Shown here: one piece after another, positions 46,089 through 55,221 of the stretch
Layout of the letters: each line of letters opens with the position of its first letter
Numbering within the stretch: position 1 is the first letter of the stretch
IMG/VR virus record: IMGVR_UViG_3300037245_001295
Coordinates: 1 to 64,000 of that record
Length of the DNA: 64,000 nucleotides
Reading direction: 5' to 3' (one strand)
Source of the DNA: a virus
Translations under genes and position numbers: made by a program
The notes under the pieces: model-generated
Seen by the model: only the letters and a program-made list of their open reading frames with translations
Database searches by the model: none
What the model was told of the DNA's origin: nothing

Positions 46089-47146
46089 TGTCATTGTTAT
46101 GGATGGATGGCTTTGATAAGATTGGCGACATGGTCGGGGGTGAGGTGACGCCTGACAGTGTCATGGGTTGTCGCTATACAGACAGCCAGCATAGAGTGAA
46201 ATCGTATGGAGGCAGGAACGGTGGCGGGTCTATGGTCGCTTACTGGAATGCCGAGGCATTTATTCAGACGCCAGCTTTGACAACTGATGATACATTGATA
46301 GTTGGATTTTCTATGTATTGCCCAGACCCGTTTAACTCGGGTGAAATTTTTCAGATGAGATCGGCCTTTAACTTTGTAGACGACGAAATTGGCGGGATTT
46401 CACTCGTACTCAACGCTGACCTGTCCCTTACAATCAAACGTGGCTCAACTATACTGGCATCTTCGTCGGCGGGTGCTATCACACTTGACAATTGGGTTAG
46501 TGTAGAGACAAAGATAGTGTGTGACAATACCACAGGCTCTTATGAAGTTAGAGTCGATGATGTTGATGTTTTGTCTGCCACTGGAGTAGATACGCAACAA
46601 GGCGCAGACCCGCACCACAGTGTTGTTCGTTTTAATGGCGCATTGGCGTCCACTACTCCTGTCAGAGGTATGCGCATTGATGACTTTTGGGTGTGCGACA
46701 GTGTCGGTGGTCTCAGTGATTTTCTAGGTGCCTCCATAAGAATCACCACACTAAGCCCTAATGCTGATGGTGACGCTACAGACTGGACGCCGGATGCCGG
46801 GGGTACAAACTATACTCAGGTGGATGAAGATACTCAGGTAAGTGGCAACTATGTTGAGTCAAGCAGTCAATATGAGTTGGACTTATATGAGTTGGAAAAT
46901 ACCGTTAATATGCTAACACCCCTTGTTGTTCAAGTAGTTACCGAGGCTTTGAATACCGAGCCGAGTACCTGGACTCTGCAAACTGCCGTGAAGCACGGTG
47001 TTGATGTGAGTGTAGATTCTGGACAAACTATCGGCCACAGTGAGGTTGCATCAATTACCAGAAAAATGGACACTAATCCGGTAACTGCCAACATTTGGAC
47101 TGTGTCGGACATTGATGCACTTCAAACTGGGATAAAGGTAGGCTAA
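46088..47146 (+). CDS. Tail-associated beta-sandwich protein 2 (tandem paralog)
   Basis: Shares LLW.DGF and QTPALTTDDTLIV with 45051 gene. Confidence 0.7.
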   Translation: MSLLWMDGFDKIGDMVGGEVTPDSVMGCRYTDSQHRVKSYGGRNGGGSMVAYWNAEAFIQTPALTTDDTLIVGFSMYCPDPFNSGEIFQMRSAFNFVDDEIGGISLVLNADLSLTIKRGSTILASSSAGAITLDNWVSVETKIVCDNTTGSYEVRVDDVDVLSATGVDTQQGADPHHSVVRFNGALASTTPVRGMRIDDFWVCDSVGGLSDFLGASIRITTLSPNADGDATDWTPDAGGTNYTQVDEDTQVSGNYVESSSQYELDLYELENTVNMLTPLVVQVVTEALNTEPSTWTLQTAVKHGVDVSVDSGQTIGHSEVASITRKMDTNPVTANIWTVSDIDALQTGIKVG

Positions 47147-48336
47147 TGGCACTAAGAGTAACAAGACAACTTGGTGAAGTTTTGGGAACCGGCGGCGGTG
47201 TAGTTCGTGTTATACGTCAGTATACTGAAGTTTTAAGTGCGTCCTATACAATCTTTAACGAATCAGTGTCCTCCACACTGTCGCTTGGTTCCGAATCAGG
47301 TGAGTTCCTCGGCATTGGGGAAAGTGCCCTTGTAGGTAATACACTTAATATGACCTCTGAGGTTGTTACGAGTGGCCTATTACAGTCTATTGGTTCAGTA
47401 ATGAACCTGCAACAAACTATGGTGGTGCAGAAGCCGATCTATCAGTTTATGGTATCTCCGATGCGTATTCTTAGTGCTGTTAGTCGGGCGGGTTCGGAGA
47501 GGAATCTGTCACTAGCGTCAGAGATGTTGGTGACCGGTCAGGCAGGGCGGGGTTACGACGTTGATGTAGCGACCACGCTGGCAGTGGTCCAAGACATGTA
47601 TCGCCTCCAGACCCCCTCTTCAACGATGAACCTCACACAAACAGTTGACTATGGGAAGACCAAAGGACTTGAAGTAAGCGACATGGCTCTTGAGCAGACG
47701 GTTCTGTTAAATGCTGACTGGGTCCGTCCGATCACACAGACTTTGGGCATCGGCCACACCCTGACTTACTATCTCCCTAGTCCGTGTGGCACGAAGGCCT
47801 ACACCCCCTATATCGGTGAGAACACTATCATCGGCGCCCCCGCGCCGCCCGACGCTTCGCTGCCGTTTGCACCTGGACTCCCAGTGGACGAGAGATTCCA
47901 ACTTCTGTATCCTGGCCTTGGAGAGGCTACCGACACGGTCGAGCTTCGAGCCCCTAACCTGGACAACAGAGAGCGCCTATCCTTCACGAGGATTAACAGA
48001 GAGACTCGTGGCGGTCGTTTAATCGTATTTGCCGACCCGACGTGGCCACAAGTAAATACGTTGGTACTTAGCTTCTCCGGCCTCTCCAAAGCAGAGGTGG
48101 ACTCGCTACAAACATTCATGGTGGCACACCTCGGAGAGGAGGTTGGTTTGATTGATTGGGAGGGTCACCATTGGGTCGGTGTGATTACATCACCAACGGA
48201 ACGGGCTGTGCAAGATGGTAAAGGCTGCGACGGCCGGTGGACCATCGGATTGGAGTTTGAAGGCGTTATGTTGGAGGAGGCGCCGTCTGGGTCGCACATG
48301 TCGCTGGCGAGTTCTGTCATCGCGGTGTTAAACTAA
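47146..48336 (+). CDS. Tail protein with distal-tail-like C-terminal domain
   Basis: Position; C-terminal domain similar in pattern to next gene. Confidence 0.6.
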   Translation: MALRVTRQLGEVLGTGGGVVRVIRQYTEVLSASYTIFNESVSSTLSLGSESGEFLGIGESALVGNTLNMTSEVVTSGLLQSIGSVMNLQQTMVVQKPIYQFMVSPMRILSAVSRAGSERNLSLASEMLVTGQAGRGYDVDVATTLAVVQDMYRLQTPSSTMNLTQTVDYGKTKGLEVSDMALEQTVLLNADWVRPITQTLGIGHTLTYYLPSPCGTKAYTPYIGENTIIGAPAPPDASLPFAPGLPVDERFQLLYPGLGEATDTVELRAPNLDNRERLSFTRINRETRGGRLIVFADPTWPQVNTLVLSFSGLSKAEVDSLQTFMVAHLGEEVGLIDWEGHHWVGVITSPTERAVQDGKGCDGRWTIGLEFEGVMLEEAPSGSHMSLASSVIAVLN

Positions 48337-48349
48337 TTGGGAGAGTCAC

Positions 48350-48733
48350 ATGTTCTTTATTCGAGCCCCATACCCCACCACCCAAGTGACGGTGGAACTT
48401 CCGTCGCCGCATTGGAGCGACTCTGTAGCCCTTGCCGCAACCTTACAAGTGTTGCGAGCAATGAACGGGGCGCAGTACACTTACGTTCACGAGCGAAATG
48501 GTCGGAAGAAGTTTCAGTGGGATTTCACCATAGCTAGAAACAAAGCCCTGGAGTTGCGTGCCTTTCTGAAGGTGTACTTCCGCTTCCAAGTGCAGATCAT
48601 TGACCACAATAACGAGACGTGGGTTGGTTACTTAATCAACAACCCGTTTGAAAGTGCTGGCAGCGGTCGGGCGGTGGACTTCCCAGGGGGTGAGACGATG
48701 GACATTACTTTGGAATTCGAGGAGGCTGAGTGA
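48350..48733 (+). CDS. Distal tail-like protein
   Basis: 127 aa; RAMNG..Y..F.W.F..TLEFEE. Confidence 0.6.
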   Translation: MFFIRAPYPTTQVTVELPSPHWSDSVALAATLQVLRAMNGAQYTYVHERNGRKKFQWDFTIARNKALELRAFLKVYFRFQVQIIDHNNETWVGYLINNPFESAGSGRAVDFPGGETMDITLEFEEAE

Positions 48734-51732
48734 TGCGTGACATACCTGCTGATGTTTTAGCCAACTTACAACAGAACCATGGCATCGAACCGGTCCTCAT
48801 TATCGAGGTCCAGTGGGTTGATGGCGGTCCACTTGTATTGTACTCTGACCAAAAACTATCTGGTGCCGAGTACCCGTATCCTTCAATCATCCAAGTGGGT
48901 AATTTCGACGCGGCTATGCAGGTTGATGGTGCCGGGGACTCGCAGCAAATCAGCATTGTGTTGAATGATGTTGATGGTGCTTTGAAAACTCTCATTGACG
49001 AGAACGATATTCATAAACGCCCTGTGCGCGTGTTTCAAGGCGTTCAAGGTCTTACCATAGACCACAAGTTCCTACTTTTCAAAGGGGAGCTTAGCAGTCC
49101 CATTGTCTGGAATGAAGGCGACAGGACACTGAGCTTTGACGTGTTGACGCGCGAAGAAGATACAGAGGTGGGTTTTTCGATGGAGGAAGGTGACTTCCTC
49201 AGTATCCCCAACGAAGCTCTCGGTAAAGCGTGGCCTCTGGTCTTCGGAGAAGTGTGCAACATGCAGGCGGTCGCTGTAAGGGCTCAACAGCGGGGGCGCA
49301 TGGTGGCCGGCGAAGGTGTGCATGATTGGACCTTGCCGAATCGCATTTGTCAAGCTCGCGAACTGCAATGCCCCGCGCAGTACACAGGGCTTGAAACATA
49401 CTTAAACAACCTTAGGTTTGGCAGTGGCACACAACGTTTGATTACGGTCCCGACCTTTGCGCCTGACTATGACTGTATAGACAATCGTTGGGCGACAGTT
49501 TGTCAATTACAGAACTTGTACACGCAGCAACGTTCATACGAACATACGTCTTTTGAGATCACCGGTGGCGGGGAGTTTCCTCAAGGTGAGGGTAACCGAG
49601 TTGTGCTGAATATCAATGGGGCAAAGTTTCATGGTTGGTTTGACGACACCACCTTCCATGTTACCGAGCGATTCCACCCTGAATATGACAACATCACCTT
49701 AGCCGGTTGTACGTCCATTCCCGAACGTAATCGTGGTCTCCTTCGCGTCAATTGGTTCAGCACGGATGAGTCGGTACAAGATCAGCTTGATGGAGGCAGT
49801 CCATTCTGGGGGCGATCGGACTCTGGACTAACGTATGCGCCGAACCCCAATAGCCCAAACCTCGGTGCTTGCGTGGAGGAAGACGCAACCCAATTAGTCC
49901 CTGGAATGACTGGCGGTCCTGCCCAAGCCCAGGAGGTGTTTGACGCGATGCCCACGTCTAGTTTCTTCTGGATTCCGCCCGGGGCCGAAGTGTTCTTAGA
50001 AGAAGAGGGGGAGGTGCTCTCGATTGTTAGTCTCATTACGGGGACGGTGAACCATGTGGCTGCCTACAAGAAGCAGCCGGTAGGTAATGACTTGCTTCTC
50101 GAAGTTCCGGCCGATTATTACACAATCTACGAGACCGACTACAATGGCTACACGGTTATAGAAATTGGCATGGAGCAGAAGATGAGCCTTCGTGACCCTG
50201 ATTGGGGCGACGATCTCTATGTGTCATTTACGTCAGATGTTGGGCCTAATCCCGTTGACATCATCCAATGGTTGGTGGAGAAATACACTAGCCTGTCAGT
50301 AGATGCCGCTACATTTGCAACCGTCCAGACGAGTATGACTAACTACCCGACGAACTTTACCCTCAAAGAGCGGAAGAATGTCTTGGAGTTGATTAAGGAT
50401 ATTGCCTACCAAACTCGATGCGCAGTGTATATTCGAGACGGTGTGCTATTCATCAAGTATCTGGCTACCGAGCCCGCGTCTGTTCGGACGATAACGGGTG
50501 GGGACATTCTTACGCAGTCTTTCAAGATTACTCACACACCCTCTGAAGACCTCGTGACAAAGTCGGTGGTGAATTACCGGGAGACTGAAGCCCCCGTCGT
50601 GCGGGGCGACAACATTGACCACACCATCATGCTGAAGTACAACATTCCAAAATACGGTGTCTCTGAGGCGGACTACGATTACTACACTCAAAATACTTTT
50701 GGCACAATTATGAAGTCGTCCACCTTCTGGCTGATTCGAGACGCACACACCTGGAAGTACGTTGAGTTTGACACGACCATTAAGCACTTGGATTTAGATT
50801 TGTTTGACTGCATCACTCTGGACTTGCCGCAGTTTTCAGCGAGTCCAATAAAGTGTGTCATCACTGAAGCTCAATTCAATAGTGAAAACAATACCATTCA
50901 CTTCCAAGCCTGGACTCCTGTTCGGGCAGGAACTTCAATCCAGTATCCACTAGCGTGGCCAGCGGCTCTACCAGCCGAGACTGTGTGGCCGGTAGACGGC
51001 GAGCAGCAGTGGGCCAATCCCGGCTATTCGTTCAACGTCACCCCACCAATCGGCCACATCCTTTCGGGCGGCGACACAACGGAGCTTGAGAACTTTGTCG
51101 TTCAGTCTAGTGGCGACCGCCACCCGTCTGACCTTGACGACGTGCTGCCTTCGGTTGAGTGCCTGATCTCCTCCTTTGAAGAGGGGGATGTGGATGTTAG
51201 TGAGTTGGCCCCAGAGTTCCGAGCCTTGAATCTTGCGAAGCGTAATCACAAAAAATTGTTGGAGCGAGGGGGTTGGTCTGTGAATTGGCCCGATAAGGAC
51301 GAACAAGAGGAGGAAGAGGAGGAGAAAAACCCAGAGCGGGGCGGCTGTGGTACGGCAACGGAAGGTAGCGGCTGCGTTTACGACGTTACCGTGACATATA
51401 CCCTGCCGACCAGTGTGTCGTCTGGAAAGATTGCTGGCGGTTGCGCTGGCGGTCCTTGTTGGTGTGACGCAGGTGGCGGGCCTTGCATATCCGCACTAAG
51501 TCAGAAATGTCACTCATTTAGTAGTATGTCGGCAGCTACATTATTCCACTCTGAGATGACGGCTACAATTCAAGGGTTGAAAAATGCCTGCGGTTACTTC
51601 TGTGGCACGTCGTCACCTTATATGGTGAGTAGTGTTAAGGCATTTGCCGACCCCACAAGCGACGAGCCTTGTGAAGACCCACCGGGTCAGCCCGAGGTGC
51701 CATACATTGAGTACGAACCACAGGACGTTTAA
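48730..51732 (+). CDS. Tail tip/baseplate hub protein, Cys-rich
   Basis: 1000 aa; PLVFG and NPVDII.WL motifs of central tail hub proteins. Confidence 0.75.
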   Translation: MMRDIPADVLANLQQNHGIEPVLIIEVQWVDGGPLVLYSDQKLSGAEYPYPSIIQVGNFDAAMQVDGAGDSQQISIVLNDVDGALKTLIDENDIHKRPVRVFQGVQGLTIDHKFLLFKGELSSPIVWNEGDRTLSFDVLTREEDTEVGFSMEEGDFLSIPNEALGKAWPLVFGEVCNMQAVAVRAQQRGRMVAGEGVHDWTLPNRICQARELQCPAQYTGLETYLNNLRFGSGTQRLITVPTFAPDYDCIDNRWATVCQLQNLYTQQRSYEHTSFEITGGGEFPQGEGNRVVLNINGAKFHGWFDDTTFHVTERFHPEYDNITLAGCTSIPERNRGLLRVNWFSTDESVQDQLDGGSPFWGRSDSGLTYAPNPNSPNLGACVEEDATQLVPGMTGGPAQAQEVFDAMPTSSFFWIPPGAEVFLEEEGEVLSIVSLITGTVNHVAAYKKQPVGNDLLLEVPADYYTIYETDYNGYTVIEIGMEQKMSLRDPDWGDDLYVSFTSDVGPNPVDIIQWLVEKYTSLSVDAATFATVQTSMTNYPTNFTLKERKNVLELIKDIAYQTRCAVYIRDGVLFIKYLATEPASVRTITGGDILTQSFKITHTPSEDLVTKSVVNYRETEAPVVRGDNIDHTIMLKYNIPKYGVSEADYDYYTQNTFGTIMKSSTFWLIRDAHTWKYVEFDTTIKHLDLDLFDCITLDLPQFSASPIKCVITEAQFNSENNTIHFQAWTPVRAGTSIQYPLAWPAALPAETVWPVDGEQQWANPGYSFNVTPPIGHILSGGDTTELENFVVQSSGDRHPSDLDDVLPSVECLISSFEEGDVDVSELAPEFRALNLAKRNHKKLLERGGWSVNWPDKDEQEEEEEEKNPERGGCGTATEGSGCVYDVTVTYTLPTSVSSGKIAGGCAGGPCWCDAGGGPCISALSQKCHSFSSMSAATLFHSEMTATIQGLKNACGYFCGTSSPYMVSSVKAFADPTSDEPCEDPPGQPEVPYIEYEPQDV

Positions 51733-51755
51733 GCAACTGTTTAAGGGAGAGAGAG

Positions 51756-52136
51756 ATGAACGGTTTATTTTGTAAGTATCAGGAGAACATGGTTGATGAC
51801 GGTAGCGGCATTACCGTCTCAGCCTGTCGGTGTCCCGACGCCGCGCACCAGCACAGCATTGTAAGCGAGTTAATTTGCTCAGCCTGTCATCTACGGGAGG
51901 AACCAACTGCGGAGGAGCGACATCTGAACACACACATGCAGGAGCAGAGGGGCGGAGACATTCTTGAGACTCGTCCCTTAGCCGTTCGGACGAAAATCTT
52001 GGAGGACTACTGCCTAAAATGCAAACACTGTGATAGTGTTGACAAGGTATGTATGGCCTGTACCTGTAACGTCAGGATACCGGTCGATGACTACGTGAAG
52101 TACGCCGCCCACCACTGTCCACTGGAGTTATGGTAA
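51756..52136 (+). CDS. Cys-rich small protein
   Basis: C..C..C..C.C..CP..W C-terminal module. Confidence 0.7.
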   Translation: MNGLFCKYQENMVDDGSGITVSACRCPDAAHQHSIVSELICSACHLREEPTAEERHLNTHMQEQRGGDILETRPLAVRTKILEDYCLKCKHCDSVDKVCMACTCNVRIPVDDYVKYAAHHCPLELW

Positions 52137-52885
52137 TGAGCCGACCTTGCCAGAAACGACGAACGATTGTCCACAAAGGGCAAGACGGTTCCAAGAGAAC
52201 TTACTATAGGTGTGCGCACGGCGGTGCGAACACCTACCGCCAGGAAGTGGACGACGGGATTTGCGACGGTTGCGTCCTTAGACAGGAATTGCCAGGGGCC
52301 GCCAAGTGTAGCCCTAAGCCTCCGGCAAACCCAACTTACAGTCAGCCAACATACGGGCAGGACGCGGAGATACGCTACGAACCTATTGACGCTTCCGAGC
52401 CGCCGGAGTGCCCAGAAGGATATACACGCCGCACGGACGATGAATGGGCGTTTGACTCGGTATGGTTCCCGTGCCCCTACCGGGCTTTTAGCGACGATTT
52501 GAAACCAGACGGATCGCTGCAAGTTCACGCCTTCTGCACTGTGGGTCATAAGAAGGTCACCTGCGGCGACTGTGAACAGTGTGAAGGTGCATTAGTACAG
52601 CTTGACGGTTCTTTGAAGATAGACAAGTCGCCAGAGACGCCTGCCTTAATAAGTAAGGCTAGGACATACTGGAAAGCCGTGAAGAATTGGATCTCAAGTG
52701 GGCGACCCGTCAGATCGGATGCCGAGGTGCAGAGGATACATGCAAACTATTGTTTGCAGTGTGATTGGTATGACAAACCGACCCAGAGATGTAAGGGCTG
52801 CGGTTGTAAAGTCAAACCGGTTGGAAAGGCCTTGCTCAACAAAGCCAAGATGGCTACCGAGCACTGCCCCCGTGATTTTTGGTAA
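52130..52885 (+). CDS. Cys-rich protein
   Basis: C-terminal CLQC..CKGCGC..KA..EHCP..W module. Confidence 0.75.
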   Translation: MVMSRPCQKRRTIVHKGQDGSKRTYYRCAHGGANTYRQEVDDGICDGCVLRQELPGAAKCSPKPPANPTYSQPTYGQDAEIRYEPIDASEPPECPEGYTRRTDDEWAFDSVWFPCPYRAFSDDLKPDGSLQVHAFCTVGHKKVTCGDCEQCEGALVQLDGSLKIDKSPETPALISKARTYWKAVKNWISSGRPVRSDAEVQRIHANYCLQCDWYDKPTQRCKGCGCKVKPVGKALLNKAKMATEHCPRDFW

Positions 52886-52967
52886 ACGGCCGTCGTTGTC
52901 GGCAAGCGGGCTAACGCTAACTCGCCGCGATAGTCAGACACCGGCCATTTTCATAGAGGAGAAAGAT

Positions 52968-53114
52968 ATGGGTTGCTGTTCTAAAGGTAGGGGACGCAGT
53001 GGTAGCCGCAATAGTAGAAGTGTGGTGTCCTCTGGCGCATGCCGGACACCGCAGTCGAAAATGCCGCGATCCGGCAAGCGAAAAGTACGCAAGGCTCAGG
53101 GCCACGCTAGATAA
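52968..53114 (+). CDS. Small basic peptide (MGCCSKGRGR..)
   Basis: GAGGAG RBS; Arg/Lys-rich. Confidence 0.5.
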   Translation: MGCCSKGRGRSGSRNSRSVVSSGACRTPQSKMPRSGKRKVRKAQGHAR

Positions 53115-53115
53115 G

Positions 53116-53352
53116 CTACCATTTAGCTGACCCCTCCAGCCACCTCACAACCCTCTGGGCCATGGAGAAACGCCAGCTTATGTATGCCAGTATCCAGACA
53201 ACTGTTGTTACAGGTCCAAAGAGGAGGCTAACAATAAAGCAAGAGAGGCGATCAAAGTTGGTCCAAGAGTTATACGCCCGCCGCCAATAGGCTTGCATAA
53301 GTGTGTAAGATGTGACGCACAAAATCAACCACAAAATCAAGAACATCAACAT
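53116..53352 (-). CDS. Small two-TM membrane protein, family M
   Basis: GGAGG RBS; W..D..FGPV..WLEGSAKW matches 7380/7652 genes. Confidence 0.7.
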   Translation of the reverse strand: MLMFLILWLILCVTSYTLMQAYWRRAYNSWTNFDRLSCFIVSLLFGPVTTVVWILAYISWRFSMAQRVVRWLEGSAKW

Positions 53353-53353
53353 A

Positions 53354-53957
53354 TCAACCTCCAAACGCGGACAGCATTGCTTTGTACACCTTAGCTTCTG
53401 TAATTGCATCGCACAAGGCATCATGCGGTTTGGGATTCACAATCCCAAACCGTTTTGCCATTGCCTTCAGGCCGGGATATGGGAACGGCGCACTCAGACC
53501 ATGGAAGGTCGCCGCATCGTTGATGCTCAGAGCAAACAGCATGGAGTCCCGAGGGTGGTAGTGGAAGAATTGATTGAAGGACTCCAGCCCCAGCCAGTTC
53601 ATTAGGAATCCCCGCTCGAAAGCCCAGTTGTGAGCCAGAGGCACCAACCGCCTGTCGAACGGTAAGTTCAACGACTGCAACCACTCGTCAAACAAATCAG
53701 CCACCTTCCAAGCGTCTGGGCAGTTATTCATCAGTTCTTCGATGTTCAAGCCATGTACGGTCTGGGCTTCGGCCTCGCACCGCTCCGGCCTCTCTGGGGC
53801 TATGTCCATATAGAATGGAATGATGTCCGGCACGGGCTCGATTGAACTCGTAAGTGGCACCACAGCAATCTGGATAATCTCGTGGTAGCCCGCGATCCGC
53901 CCTGTCGTCTCTACGTCCACAGCGGCGAGCATGTGGCCATTCAGGTTCAGTAAGCTA

Positions 53958-53971
<14 letters not shown>
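53354..53971 (-). CDS. DEDDh 3'-5' exonuclease (DnaQ-like)
   Basis: VDVETTG, AHNWAFE, HDALCDA motifs. Confidence 0.9.
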
Positions 53972-54553
<582 letters not shown>

Positions 54554-54557
<4 letters not shown>

Positions 54558-55048
54558 TTCTCTCTCTCCGCTGCAATCTTTGCTGCGATGTCCGGGTTTC
54601 GTCTCAGGAAGTCCTCTTCGTCAAACGGGATGTTGAAGTGATCCAAAGACTGCCGGAATTCAGTGAGACCTTGGCAGGGGCGATCATCCCCGTCTTTGTA
54701 ACTGTCTACATAGTGACGAAGGAACAAGAGGTTTGCGAGGCAATGATCCAAGTGATGTTCGCCGGAGTCTTTGTCCAAGTCTTCTCCGAACCACCACCAC
54801 TTCATCCAATGCCTCATGTAACTATCATAGCACACAGACCATGCCATTCCGCGAGCCCAGTTGAAAGCTGAATACTTCAACAAGCCTCCCATGAATACGC
54901 GGCACGCACCGGCCAGTAGATGGATGGGCATCAATGAGAATGACACCTTTCCCAGATTAGCGCGAGCGCCAGTTCCGCGTTCCTTGCTGTTTACATCGCC
55001 CACCGCATACTCTAATGCTTCTGGAATCTCCAAATATTCAGAACTCAC
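54554..55048 (-). CDS. DUF5664-like (dATP/dGTP diphosphohydrolase N-terminal family) protein
   Basis: GK..SL.P..G..KY..NW..G..S..RH..GED.D..SG.HHL.H..N..FL; GTG start after AGGAG. Confidence 0.8.
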
Positions 55049-55220
55049 AGTCGTGCTCCTCTTCGTCAACGTTGGTAATGTTGCAGAAATCGCCTTCAAG
55101 GTCGTCAATGATGTCATCGAGATCGTCGGGGATTTCTGGTCCGTACAAGGTTGTAAGCAATGTCGCCAGGACTACCGACCCTGCACGACCCGTGCTGCGG
55201 AAAATGGCTATCTCGTGCAT
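55038..55220 (-). CDS. Small acidic protein
   Basis: GGAGG RBS; fills gap after primase. Confidence 0.6.
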   Translation of the reverse strand: MHEIAIFRSTGRAGSVVLATLLTTLYGPEIPDDLDDIIDDLEGDFCNITNVDEEEHDCEF

Positions 55221-55221
55221 A

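Noticed and set aside
52886-52960. Riboswitch or ncRNA in the GC-rich intergenic stretch
   Set aside because: Some pairing is possible, but I could not match a known family or show covariation
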